From positions 32,001-96,000 of the forward strand of contig CAVYTU010000007.1 in the NCBI GenBank assembly GCA_963771465.1: DNA of 64,000 nt, given 5' to 3'. The position numbers and the translations under genes are program-made. Positions 7,448 through 17,451 of the stretch are shown here, one piece after another. The stretch's first letter is position 1; every line of letters begins with the position of its first letter. The notes beneath the pieces were generated by a model. That model did no database searches. It was given only the letters and a program-made list of their open reading frames with translations, and had not been told where the DNA came from. The stretch comes from an uncultured delta proteobacterium (lineage in GTDB: Bacteria; Desulfobacterota; Binatia; UBA9968).

Positions 7448-9151
7448 ATGTCCTACTTAGTCGTCGCGCGTAAATGGCGGCCGCAGAATTTCGAAGATAT
7501 TGCCGGCCAGGAGCATATTACTCACACGCTGCAGAACGCTATCCGTTCCGAGCGCGTTGCCCACGCCTACTTGTTCACCGGTGTGCGCGGCGTTGGCAAG
7601 ACCACCGCGGCGCGCATTCTTGCCAAGGCGCTTAATTGCGAGCAGGGTCCGACCGCCACGCCATGTAATCATTGCAGTCACTGTGACGAGATCACCCAAG
7701 GTAGCTGTTTAGACGTTCTTGAGATCGACGGTGCGTCCAATCGTGGCATCGATGAGATCCGCCAGATTATCGAGAACGTGCGTTACCAACCGGCAAAATG
7801 CCGCTTTAAAATTTATATCATCGACGAAGTGCATCAAGTCACCAAGGACGCTTTCAACGCCCTGCTCAAAACGCTGGAAGAACCGCCGCCGTCGGTGAAG
7901 TTCATTCTGGCGACCACCGAACCGCATCGCTTGCCGGAAACGATCCTGTCGCGTTGCCAGCGTTATGATTTTCGCCGAATTAATCTGCGAGAAATCGTCC
8001 AACGCCTCGGTGCCATCGCTAAAAGCGAAGGGCTGAACATTACCGAAGGCGCACTCGTTCTGCTCGCCCGGGAAGCTGACGGCAGCATGCGCGACGCGCA
8101 GTCGTTGCTCGAGCAAGTGCTGGCTTGCGCCGATCCTGCCGGCGGCAAGGCCGAGAGAACCGCCGTCGACGAAACTTTGCTGCAAGAGATTCTCGGCCTG
8201 GCCGAGCGTCGAGTGCTTTATGAGATTTCGGCGGCGGTGCTTTCAGGCCAGGCCGCTAAATGTCTCGCGGTGGTCGCCGAAGTGGTTAACCAGGGACGTG
8301 ATCTTAATCGACTGTCGCGCGATCTTGTCGAACAATTTAGAAACCTTTTAGTGGCGCGGGTGGCCGGCCAGAAGAGCGCGCCAGCGAGCGGTGGCGGCGC
8401 GCCGTCGCTGCTGGATTTGCCCGACCAGGAGATCGCCGATCTCATTGAGCAAGCCGGCTCGGTTGCCGTCGAAATGCTGCTCGATTATTTCGATTTCATG
8501 GCTGCCGGCGATGAAGAGATCGCCCGCTCGGCGACGCCGAGGTTTGCTTTAGAAACTGTCTTGATTCGATTGGCGACTTTACCGCAGACGCTGCCGGTGG
8601 CAGAATTGATCGAGCGTTTGGAACAGTTGGAGGGCAAAGCGCCGGCCCCGGTGCGGCCTCAAGTGATGGCTCAACGGATCAGTGAACCGACGGCCGTTGC
8701 GCCGGCGCCGACGATTCGCGCAGCGTCGCCCTCAGTTGCCACCGTGCCTTATGTCGCCGAGCCGCCAGGGCGCGTTCCATCGGGCGATGTTTGGCGCGAT
8801 TTTGTCGCCTTCGTCGGTAAAGAGAAAAAGTTTCTCGCCTCTCATCTCGACGCCGCGACAGCGCAAAGTTTACCCCCGGGACAATTAAAGATCAGCGTCG
8901 CCGAGCGCCATCATTTGGTCTTCCTGCAAGACAGCGATAATTTCGCGACGCTGAAGGATCTAGCCAAGAGATTTTTCGCCGCCGATGTCGCCGTGCAAAT
9001 TTCCGCGATGCTTGCGGATACTTCGGTGCTGCCGGCCGATGGTGGTGCACGCGCATCGGCCGGGCCGGCGGCCGATCGTAGCGAGATGGTCAAAGAGGCG
9101 CTGCGGATATTCGGCGGATCGGTGCGCACGGTGCGACGGGAAAACAACTAA
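7448..9151 (+). CDS. dnaX: DNA polymerase III subunit gamma/tau
   Basis: ARKWRPQ, GVRGVGKTT Walker A, Zn cysteines, IIDEVH, SRC motif. Confidence 0.97.
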   Translation: MSYLVVARKWRPQNFEDIAGQEHITHTLQNAIRSERVAHAYLFTGVRGVGKTTAARILAKALNCEQGPTATPCNHCSHCDEITQGSCLDVLEIDGASNRGIDEIRQIIENVRYQPAKCRFKIYIIDEVHQVTKDAFNALLKTLEEPPPSVKFILATTEPHRLPETILSRCQRYDFRRINLREIVQRLGAIAKSEGLNITEGALVLLAREADGSMRDAQSLLEQVLACADPAGGKAERTAVDETLLQEILGLAERRVLYEISAAVLSGQAAKCLAVVAEVVNQGRDLNRLSRDLVEQFRNLLVARVAGQKSAPASGGGAPSLLDLPDQEIADLIEQAGSVAVEMLLDYFDFMAAGDEEIARSATPRFALETVLIRLATLPQTLPVAELIERLEQLEGKAPAPVRPQVMAQRISEPTAVAPAPTIRAASPSVATVPYVAEPPGRVPSGDVWRDFVAFVGKEKKFLASHLDAATAQSLPPGQLKISVAERHHLVFLQDSDNFATLKDLAKRFFAADVAVQISAMLADTSVLPADGGARASAGPAADRSEMVKEALRIFGGSVRTVRRENN

Positions 9152-9194
9152 CGAATTTAAGTCGGTTCAAATGGCGGCATTGCCAGGAGGAATG

Positions 9195-9518
9195 ATGGCA
9201 AGTATCGGTGGTATGGGAAACCTACTCAAGCAAGCCCAAGAGATGCAAGCGCGGATGGCCAAAATTCAGGATGAGCTGGCCGGCAAGACAGTGCAGGGTT
9301 CCTCCGGAGGCGGCATGGTGCAAGTGACGGTGAACGGTCAGTTCAATCTCACCGCAGTGAAGATCGAAGCCGCCGCGGTCAATGCCGATGAAAAAGATAT
9401 GTTAGAGGACTTGATCTTGACGGCGGTCAACGACGGCATGCGCAAAGCACGCGAGATGGCCTCGGCGGAAATGGCCAAGCTTACCGGCGGCCTAAAAATT
9501 CCCGGCTTGATGCCGTAA
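9195..9518 (+). CDS. ybaB: YbaB/EbfC nucleoid-associated protein
   Basis: GNLLKQAQEMQ...GGGMVQVTVNG...LEDLILTAVND; AGGAGG RBS; synteny. Confidence 0.95.
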   Translation: MASIGGMGNLLKQAQEMQARMAKIQDELAGKTVQGSSGGGMVQVTVNGQFNLTAVKIEAAAVNADEKDMLEDLILTAVNDGMRKAREMASAEMAKLTGGLKIPGLMP

Positions 9519-9620
9519 TCCATCCCGTTAAGTCTGGTGTAATAGATTTCCGTTTCCAGCATCCGGAATTTAAAGTATGAAATTTGACAATTCAAAGGCC
9601 AAAGGCAGCGAGGCCCATTC

Positions 9621-10241
9621 ATGACGATGTATCCGGCGCCGCTGGCCCGGCTGATTCAAGAGCTCTCCAAGCTTCCCGGTATTGGCGAGAAATCCGCCGC
9701 GCGCTTGGCGTTTCACATGTTGAAGGGCAAAAAAGACGATGTCTTTCGTTTGTCCGAGAGCATTGGCAGATTGCGCCAAGAGATTGGATTGTGCCAACGC
9801 TGCTTCGGTTTCAGCGAGGTAAAAGCGCAAGATGAAGACGGCGCGCTGTGTGATGTCTGCCGCAATTTCGACCGGGAAGCTGACAAGATCTGCGTCGTCG
9901 AAGAGCCCGCTGACATGATCGCAGTGGAAAAGTCCCAGGAATTTCGCGGCCTCTATCATGTTCTGCACGGCACGATTTCACCGCTCGACGGGATTGGACC
10001 GGACGCTTTGCGAATTAAAGAGCTGCTTGAGCGATTGCGCGATACCGCGGTCAAAGAAGTCATCGTCGCGACCAATCCGACCATGGACGGCGAAGCAACC
10101 GCGCTCTATCTTTCCAAAGTGATTAAACCGCTCGGAGTTTCAGTCACGCGCATCGCGCGTGGCCTGCCCATGGGTGGTGATCTCGAATATACGGATGCCG
10201 TGACTTTGGGAAAGGCTCTGGAAGGTCGGAGAGAAATTTAG
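9621..10241 (+). CDS. recR: Recombination mediator RecR
   Basis: LPGIGEKSAARLA HhH, C4 zinc finger, TOPRIM, GLPMGGDLEY. Confidence 0.97.
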   Translation: MTMYPAPLARLIQELSKLPGIGEKSAARLAFHMLKGKKDDVFRLSESIGRLRQEIGLCQRCFGFSEVKAQDEDGALCDVCRNFDREADKICVVEEPADMIAVEKSQEFRGLYHVLHGTISPLDGIGPDALRIKELLERLRDTAVKEVIVATNPTMDGEATALYLSKVIKPLGVSVTRIARGLPMGGDLEYTDAVTLGKALEGRREI

Positions 10242-10275
10242 CCGCGGCTTGCCGACCGTTAAGCGAATCGACTCA

Positions 10276-11310
10276 CTAGCCGAAAATTTTTCGCGCGAAA
10301 TCGATCATCAACCAGCTCAACATTGCGATTGCCGCCGAAGCCGGGATCGTAAGAATCCACGCCCAGACGATTCTGCCCGCAACATTCCAACGCACCGAAC
10401 GCAGCCGGCGCAAGGAGCCGACGCCGATGATCGCGCCCGTGATCGTGTGCGTGGTCGAAACCGGGATGCCAAAGTGAGCCGCGCCGAACAGGGTGAACGC
10501 GCCCGCCGCTTCTGCGGCGAAACCGCCGATTGGCTGAAGGCGCGTAATGCGCGATCCCATGGTGTGGACGATGCGCCAGCCTCCCGATAGCGTGCCGAGT
10601 CCGATGGCCGCATGCGCCATTAAAACAATCCAAAACGGGATAAGGAGTTTGCCCATCTCGTCGCTGACCAAATAGCGATACTCGGGGACAATGAACAGCG
10701 CGCCGGCGATAATGCCCATGGTTTTCTGCGCGTCGTTGGTGCCATGGCCGAGACTGTAAGCGGCCGCGGAGATCAGCTGGCCGCGGCGAAAAATATGGTC
10801 GACGCTGGCCGGAATCGACCGCTTGAAAATGTTGAGGATCGCCACCAAATTCAGCATGCCTAAACCCATGCCGAGGAGCGGTGCGAGGACAATAAATATT
10901 AGCGTCATGATCCACCCACCCGGTATAATGATGCCGAGTCCTGCCTTGGCGATGCCAGCACCGGCATAACCGCCGATCAAAGCGTGTGACGAGCTGGTTG
11001 GCAGCCCGACGTACCATGTGATCAGATCCCAAACGATGGCGCCGATCAGTGCCGCGAGGATAACGTAGGAATCGACCTGTTTGACGTCGAGCAGGCCGCT
11101 GCCGATGGTTTTGGCCACCGCGGTGCCGAAGGTAAAAGCCGCAACGAAGTTCCAAAAAGCGGCCCAGACGACGCCTTGCAGCGGCGTCAGCACTCGCGTC
11201 GAGACCACGGTGGCGATGGAATTGGCGGCGTCGTGAAAACCGTTGACGTAGTCGAAAGCGAGAGCGACGACGATGATAAAAATAGTCAGGACCAGAACCG
11301 GATCAGCCAT
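10276..11310 (-). CDS. pit: PiT-family inorganic phosphate transporter
   Basis: GFHDAANSIAT, PTSSSHALIGG, GTNDAQK, PVSTTH signatures. Confidence 0.95.
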   Translation of the reverse strand: MADPVLVLTIFIIVVALAFDYVNGFHDAANSIATVVSTRVLTPLQGVVWAAFWNFVAAFTFGTAVAKTIGSGLLDVKQVDSYVILAALIGAIVWDLITWYVGLPTSSSHALIGGYAGAGIAKAGLGIIIPGGWIMTLIFIVLAPLLGMGLGMLNLVAILNIFKRSIPASVDHIFRRGQLISAAAYSLGHGTNDAQKTMGIIAGALFIVPEYRYLVSDEMGKLLIPFWIVLMAHAAIGLGTLSGGWRIVHTMGSRITRLQPIGGFAAEAAGAFTLFGAAHFGIPVSTTHTITGAIIGVGSLRRLRSVRWNVAGRIVWAWILTIPASAAIAMLSWLMIDFARKIFG

Positions 11311-11929
11311 TTTTGATTACCACCCGTTGCAGCACGTCGGCGACATCTTCCATTCGGTCGGTGGTTTCTTCGAGCATTTCGTAGATTTCTTTCCAGCGAA
11401 TCAAGTTGAATAGGTCGTCTTTGTGACTGACGATATCCACCAGCGCTTCACGTAAAACACGGTCGCCGTTATTCTCGATGGTGTTGATCTCCTTAATGTG
11501 TTCCGCGACCAGACGAAAGTTTTTCTTTTCGCGCAGGTTGTGCATGGCTTCGTGGAGTTCGATGGCGCCGCTGCGGATCAATTGCCCCAACTGCCTGGCG
11601 CGTTCCGTCGGCGCTTCGATGCGAAAGATGACCATGCGAACGGCGGTGGCTTCGATGGCGTCCATGGTGTCATCCAAAGCCGAGATCAGCCTTTCAATAT
11701 CTTCGCTGTCGAGTGGGATGATCAAGGTGTGCATCAATAGATGCATCACTTCGTGGACGACGAAGTCGCCGCGGTGTTCCAGCTCAGTGATGTGGGCCAC
11801 TTTCGCTTCCACATGCTCATAATTGTCTAATAGATCTTGCAAAGCATCGGCCGCTTCAACCAGGTTGGCGGTGGCTTTCTCAAACCAGTCGTAGAATTTA
11901 GTTTCAGCCGGCAAAAACTGAAATTTCAT
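11303..11929 (-). CDS. DUF47 / PhoU-like Pit accessory protein
   Basis: EHRGD...PLDSEDI...LDD...ENNGD...WKEIYE..E..TD; overlaps pit start. Confidence 0.92.
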   Translation of the reverse strand: MKFQFLPAETKFYDWFEKATANLVEAADALQDLLDNYEHVEAKVAHITELEHRGDFVVHEVMHLLMHTLIIPLDSEDIERLISALDDTMDAIEATAVRMVIFRIEAPTERARQLGQLIRSGAIELHEAMHNLREKKNFRLVAEHIKEINTIENNGDRVLREALVDIVSHKDDLFNLIRWKEIYEMLEETTDRMEDVADVLQRVVIKNG

Positions 11930-12044
11930 TATGATCGCTCCGAAAATATTGTCGATTAAATGGAAATTAGAATTCGGGAACTGGAAACGCGATGATACTT
12001 AGCACGCGCTCAGCCGAGGTTCAACTGAATCTGGAAAATTTGGA

Positions 12045-14255
12045 TTAAGCGAACAAGGCTTCTACACGCCGGCGAATCTCATCTCGCACTTGGCGGAAAA
12101 TAGGCAGGATTTCTTCTTCGGTCCCAGCGGCCGCAGCCGGGTCAGGAAGCGGCCAGTGAGAACGTTTTACTGTGGCAGCTAAGGTCGGACAATGTTCATC
12201 GGCATCGCCGCAAAGCGTGATCACTTGGTCGATGTCGTTCAGCGGTACCTTATCGAGTCCTTTTGAAGATTGCATGGAAATGTCGACGCCGGCTTCTTGC
12301 ATTACGCGCACAGCGAGCGGATGAATGGATTTCGGATCGGTGCCGGCGCTGAAAAATCGATAACGGCCATTGCCGAGATGACGCGCGAAGCCTTCGGCCA
12401 TCTGGCTGCGACACGAGTTGCCGGTGCACAGAAATAATAAAGACTGTGCTGGCTGGGCCGGCGCGACAGCCGGCAAGCGTACGCGCACCGTGGTTCCTTG
12501 GCTTATCACGCTGTCGATGCTGAATTCTCCGGCGTGAGCCTGGACGATATATTTGACGATGGCAAGGCCGAGTCCGGTGCCGCCAAGATCGCGCGAACGC
12601 GCCTTGTCGACGCGATAAAAGCGTTCGGTCAAGCGCGGCAGATCTTTTTCCGGTATGCCGGTGCCCGTGTCTTTGACGACAATCTCCACCCGAGACGGTT
12701 CGCCGTTTCTGCTTTGCACCTCACTCGCAGTTAGCGAGACGGCGCCGCCCGCGGGTGTATATTTGATCGCGTTGTCGACCAGATTGATAAACAACTGTTG
12801 CAAGCGATCGGTATCGCCAAGAATTTCTGGCAGGTTATCGTCGACTCCCTGGCTCAGTTTCACGTTTTTCTTGGCCGCCTGGTCCCAGAAAACTTCCAAG
12901 ACCCGCTGAATCAATTGTCGCGGTTTTAACCCTTTTGACGATAACTGAATTTTGCCGGATTCGAGATCGGATAAAGTGAGCAAATCTTCGGTCAACCGGC
13001 TCAGCCGTTCGGCATGACGCTCGATAATTTCGAGGAATTGCCGGCGATCCTCGGCGTCAGCGGGCGGTGTGTGCAGCAATGTCTCGACGTACCCCCTAAT
13101 CGCGGTGAGCGGTGTGCGCAGTTCATGGGACACGTTGGCGACGAAATCCGATCGCATGTTTTCCAATTTCTTGATGTCGGTGATGTCGTGGAAAACCATG
13201 ATCGATCCCAACGACATGCCAAGTGGCGTTCTTAACGGCACGGCGTTGATGCGAAACCAGCGCGTGTCGTCGAGCTCGACTTCCTTGGAATAGGACGCGC
13301 TGGCAAAATTCAACTTGAGCACATCTTGCAGGATGTTGTGAATTTCCGGATGGCGTGAAAGTTCGAGCACCGAGATGCCGTGCAGATCTCGGTCCGTAGG
13401 GGCGTGAAACATCGCCTTAGCTTGGTCGTTGATCACCATCACTTTGCCTTTGGGGTCGAGCACCAATACGCCTTCGACCATGCAGCGCAGGATCGATTCG
13501 GTTTTTTCTTTTTCGCCGGTGATCTGCCCGATATCGCCCCGGAGTTTTCGGCTCATCTCGTTTAGGTGCCGTTCGAGCAGCGCGATCTCGTCGCGGCCGC
13601 CATGGGGAAAGAAGTTATCCGGAAACGTGCCACTGGTAACTTGTCCCGAAAAGCGCACCAAACGGCGCACGCGACGGCTCAGGTCGCGCGAAAAAGCCCA
13701 GGCCAACAGTAGCCCGATCGCCGATGCGACGATCAAGCCGGTGAGCAACGACCGGCGAAACGAGCCGATAACGGTCTCAACCTCTTTGAGCGCTGTGGCG
13801 ACGCGCACGACGCGTTCCTGTCCGGCGCCGGATTGGTGGAAGGCGCGATAGAGCAGATCATAGCCAACGGTTGTGCTGTAGCGGATCGCCGTGCCGGCGC
13901 CGCTTCGCCTCGCTTCGATCACCTCAGGCCGCGCAGCGTGATTTTCCATGCGTATCGACGGTTCTGAGGAGTCACCTAAGACGCGTCCGTCCATGGCGAT
14001 TACAGTGATGCGCGAGCCCAAGTCGCGCGCCAACTGTCGGCAAAGGGCGTCCAAGGGCTGTCCCTCGATATCGAATGGGAGCACGCGGCCGAGCAGATGG
14101 GCTTCCTGGTCCATGCGTGCGCTCAGGGTGGCGATGTGAAATTCGCGAACTTGATTGTTCGAGTAAAAATAGAAGCCGGCGAAGAGCAGCGCGACGACGG
14201 AGAAATAGGAAAGAAAGACCTTGGCGACTAGGCTATTGTTCCAAAGCCTTTTCAT
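12045..14255 (-). CDS. phoR: PhoR sensor histidine kinase (TM, HAMP, PAS, HisKA, HATPase) fused to a C-terminal ArsC/LMW-PTP domain
   Basis: DFVANVSHELRTPL, NLVDNAIKY, ERFYRVDKARSR..GGTGLGL; then CTGNSCRSQMAEG...TLCGDADEHCP...WPLPDP; start at ATG 14255 or GTG 14276. Confidence 0.9.
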   Translation of the reverse strand: MKRLWNNSLVAKVFLSYFSVVALLFAGFYFYSNNQVREFHIATLSARMDQEAHLLGRVLPFDIEGQPLDALCRQLARDLGSRITVIAMDGRVLGDSSEPSIRMENHAARPEVIEARRSGAGTAIRYSTTVGYDLLYRAFHQSGAGQERVVRVATALKEVETVIGSFRRSLLTGLIVASAIGLLLAWAFSRDLSRRVRRLVRFSGQVTSGTFPDNFFPHGGRDEIALLERHLNEMSRKLRGDIGQITGEKEKTESILRCMVEGVLVLDPKGKVMVINDQAKAMFHAPTDRDLHGISVLELSRHPEIHNILQDVLKLNFASASYSKEVELDDTRWFRINAVPLRTPLGMSLGSIMVFHDITDIKKLENMRSDFVANVSHELRTPLTAIRGYVETLLHTPPADAEDRRQFLEIIERHAERLSRLTEDLLTLSDLESGKIQLSSKGLKPRQLIQRVLEVFWDQAAKKNVKLSQGVDDNLPEILGDTDRLQQLFINLVDNAIKYTPAGGAVSLTASEVQSRNGEPSRVEIVVKDTGTGIPEKDLPRLTERFYRVDKARSRDLGGTGLGLAIVKYIVQAHAGEFSIDSVISQGTTVRVRLPAVAPAQPAQSLLFLCTGNSCRSQMAEGFARHLGNGRYRFFSAGTDPKSIHPLAVRVMQEAGVDISMQSSKGLDKVPLNDIDQVITLCGDADEHCPTLAATVKRSHWPLPDPAAAAGTEEEILPIFRQVRDEIRRRVEALFA

Positions 14256-14952
14256 CAAACTTGTAGCCGACACCACGCAGAGTGAGGATCCACTGGGGTT
14301 TACTATCGTCCTTTTCGATCGCTTTGCGCAAGCGGCGGATATGGACGTCGACGGTGCGCGGCGTGACGAAGGTGTCGCCGCCCCAGACGCGGTCGAGCAG
14401 TTGGTCGCGATTCAAAACCCGGTTGGGGTTTTGCACCAAAAATTTTAGCAACTCAAATTCCTTGAGCGTAAGTTTGACGGTCTGGCCACGGGCGAACACT
14501 TCGTAAGTCGAAAAATCGATTTTGAGCCCACCTTTGTCGTAGGCGGGCACCTGTTCCGCGTTCGCCGCGCCATTGGCGCGGCGCAGGATGGCGCGCACTC
14601 GCGCCACCAGCTCGCGTGGACTAAAGGGTTTCGCCAAGTAATCGTCCGCTCCCATCTCCAGGCCGACCACTCGATCGGCTTCTCCGGCTTTGGCCGTCAG
14701 CATGAGTATCGGCAGCTTTGCCGTATCGGGCCGCTCTCTCAGCAGCCTGCAGACTTCAAGGCCGGACAATCCCGGCAACATGAGATCGAGAATGACCAAG
14801 TTCGGCTTGTCGCGCTGAACGATCTTGAGGGCGTGCTCGCCGTCCTCGGCTTCCAGCACCTTGTAACGCTCCTGAACTAGATTGTAGTGAACCAGCTTAC
14901 GAATATCGGGTTCATCTTCGACGATGAGAATTTTATGCGCGTTTGTTGACAT
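14233..14952 (-). CDS. phoB: PhoB-like OmpR-family response regulator
   Basis: Receiver (EDE, LDLMLP, KPF) plus winged helix RTVDVHIRRLR; lies between phoU and phoR. Confidence 0.92.
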   Translation of the reverse strand: MSTNAHKILIVEDEPDIRKLVHYNLVQERYKVLEAEDGEHALKIVQRDKPNLVILDLMLPGLSGLEVCRLLRERPDTAKLPILMLTAKAGEADRVVGLEMGADDYLAKPFSPRELVARVRAILRRANGAANAEQVPAYDKGGLKIDFSTYEVFARGQTVKLTLKEFELLKFLVQNPNRVLNRDQLLDRVWGGDTFVTPRTVDVHIRRLRKAIEKDDSKPQWILTLRGVGYKFDEKALEQ

Positions 14953-14958
14953 AAACCC

Positions 14959-15651
14959 TTATACCGACGGTGGCAACTGTTTCATGTGACGGATGCTCTT
15001 GCCCTTGACCATGAAGATGACCATTTCGGCGATGTTGGTGGCGTGATCAGCGATGCGTTCGAGATATTTGGAGATCGAGCTGATTTTCGTCGCCCGGCTG
15101 ATGGTCTGAACGTTTTCCAGCATAAAGGTGAGCGTCTCGCGGAATATCTGCGAGTTGAGTTGATCGACCTCGTCATCGTCCTTACAAACCTTGAGCGCTA
15201 AATCGGTATCTTCCCGCACGAAGGCGTCGAGACTTTCGCGGATCATGCGTTGGGAAATGCGCGCCATCCTTGGAATATCGATATAGGGCTTGAGTTGCGG
15301 CTCTTGATTGAGTTCCAACGCGCGTTCGCAGATATTGACCGCCATGTCGCCGATCCGTTCCAAATCGGTGGTGATTTTTAGTCCGGTAGTAATGAAGCGC
15401 AGGTCGCGTCCCGCGGGTTGGTGCAGGGCTAAGAGCTTGATGCACTGATCATCGATGTTGACGTCGAGTCGGTTCACTTCATGGTCGCGTTCGATGATGA
15501 TATTGCACAGGTCGGAATCGCGGTCGACTAAAGATTTGACCGCTTTCTGAATTTGGTCTTCGACCAATCCTCCCATGTAGAGGATTTCTTCGCGGAGTTT
15601 GGTCAGCTCTTCCTCGTATCGTTTGTCGGTATGCTCGTTTAACATCGGCAT
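14959..15651 (-). CDS. phoU: Phosphate signalling protein PhoU
   Basis: QPAGRDLR...TDLERIGD...YLERIADHATNIAE. Confidence 0.95.
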   Translation of the reverse strand: MPMLNEHTDKRYEEELTKLREEILYMGGLVEDQIQKAVKSLVDRDSDLCNIIIERDHEVNRLDVNIDDQCIKLLALHQPAGRDLRFITTGLKITTDLERIGDMAVNICERALELNQEPQLKPYIDIPRMARISQRMIRESLDAFVREDTDLALKVCKDDDEVDQLNSQIFRETLTFMLENVQTISRATKISSISKYLERIADHATNIAEMVIFMVKGKSIRHMKQLPPSV

Positions 15652-15656
15652 CTCCC

Positions 15657-16506
15657 TTATCCGAAACGGCCGGTAATATAATCTTCAGTCTGACGCTTTT
15701 CCGGCGCGGTGAAGAGCTTGCCCGTTTCGCCAAATTCTACCAACTCGCCCAGATAGAAAAAAGCGGTGTAGTCCGACACCCGTGCCGCTTGTTGCATGTT
15801 GTGGGTGACGATGACGATGGTGAAAGTGTCTTTCAATTCGTGAATCAGCTCTTCGACTTTTGCCGTCGAGATCGGGTCCAAGGCGGAGCAGGGTTCATCC
15901 ATCAGCAGCACTTCGGGCTCCACCGCCATTGCCCGGGCGATGCAGAGGCGTTGCTGTTGGCCGCCGGATAAATCCGCCGCGCTCTTGTGCAAGTTGTCCT
16001 TGACTTCGTCCCAGAGGGCGGCGCGGCGCAAGCTTTTCTCGACGACTTCATCGAGAAAATGGCGATTGTTAATACCGACGATACGCAGGCCGTAGACGAC
16101 GTTCTCATAAATGCTTTTTGGGAAGGGATTCCATTTCTGAAAGATCATACCGACCCGGCGTCGCAGCTGAATGACGTCGGTCGACGGATCGTAGATGTTC
16201 TTGCCGTCGAGTTTGATGCTGCCGGTCACTCGGGTGCCCAGTACCAGATCGTTCATCCGGTTAAGACAGCGTAAAAGAGTCGTCTTGCCGCAACCGGAAG
16301 GACCGATGAACGCGGTAGCCTTCTTAGGCGCGATTTCTACGTTGATGGACTTCAGAGCCTGTTTTTCACCGTAATAAAAGTCGAGCGTCTTCCACGTTAA
16401 TCAACGGCGCGGCGGCCGATGCGTCAATCATGGGTTTCGCGATGCTCTCTAGTTTCACTTTGGGTGTGTCGCGCCGAATCGATCCGGCCGCCTCCTGTAA
16501 GTCCAT
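15657..16506 (-). CDS. pstB: Phosphate ABC transporter ATPase PstB; apparent 1-nt frameshift near 16388
   Basis: [11 protein letters not shown]...[35 protein letters not shown]; N-terminus MDLQEAAG with GGAGG RBS lies in another frame. Confidence 0.9.
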
Positions 16507-16541
16507 CTTACCTCCATCTATTGAGTTTTTCACGACAGCGC

Positions 16542-17450
16542 CTACCATTTTATTCGTTTGCGGAAGCGATAGCGGAAATAGATCGCAATGCCATTCATGA
16601 CCAGGGTCATGACCATTAGAACCAGCCCGGTCGCGGCGGCGTTCAAATGGAACTCCTGTTGCGGACGGGAAACCCAATTGAACATTTGAATCGGCATTAC
16701 CGTGAACGGAGACATCAGCCAGTCAAACGAAATAAAGGGAAACTCAGGTTTGACCGGCGCGTCGGGAAGAAAGGCGATAAAAGTCAACGCGCCGATGGTA
16801 ATCAGCGGCGCGGTTTCACCGATAGCGCGTGAGAGCGCGATAATGATCCCGGTCAATATGCCTCCCATAGAGTAGGGAAGCACATGGTCTCGGGTGGTTT
16901 GCCATTTGGTCGCTCCTAGCGCTAACGCGGCTTCCCTCATACCGGCGGGGACGGCGCGAATCGATTCGCGAGTCGCGACGATCACGATCGGTAGGATGAG
17001 CAAGGCTAAGGTGAGCCCGGCGGTAAGAATGCTCTGACCCAACCCGAGCTGATAAACGAACAGACCCAGCGCCATGAGGCCGTAGACGATCGATGGAACG
17101 CCGGCAAGATTGGCGATGTTAATTTCAATCAGACCGGTCAACCAATTTTTTGGCGCGTATTCTTCAAGGTACGCGCCAGCCGCGACGCCCATCGGCACGG
17201 CCGCTAAGGCGGTGACGAACATGATCAAACAGGTGCCGACCCAGGCTGAGAGTATTCCGGCCTGGCCGGCGAAACGGGAAGGGAAGGAAGTAAAAAATGT
17301 CGCGGTCAACCGGCCGGCGCCATCGGCGGCCAATTGCACGATCAGCGCGGCGAGCGTAATCAGGCCGACACAGGTCGCCAACAGACCTAGGATGCCGAAT
17401 AAGCTGTCCAGCCGTTTGCGACGATGATTATTTTTCTCAGCGGCAGTCAT
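16542..17450 (-). CDS. pstA: Phosphate ABC transporter permease PstA
   Basis: NLAGVPSIVYGL, EAALALGATKWQ, RAIGETAP. Confidence 0.95.
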   Translation of the reverse strand: MTAAEKNNHRRKRLDSLFGILGLLATCVGLITLAALIVQLAADGAGRLTATFFTSFPSRFAGQAGILSAWVGTCLIMFVTALAAVPMGVAAGAYLEEYAPKNWLTGLIEINIANLAGVPSIVYGLMALGLFVYQLGLGQSILTAGLTLALLILPIVIVATRESIRAVPAGMREAALALGATKWQTTRDHVLPYSMGGILTGIIIALSRAIGETAPLITIGALTFIAFLPDAPVKPEFPFISFDWLMSPFTVMPIQMFNWVSRPQQEFHLNAAATGLVLMVMTLVMNGIAIYFRYRFRKRIKW

Positions 17451-17451
17451 G

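Noticed and set aside
16366-16390. Selenocysteine read-through or programmed frameshift in pstB
   Set aside because: The continuation is in another frame, not past an in-frame TGA; no slippery heptamer or SECIS-like hairpin seen
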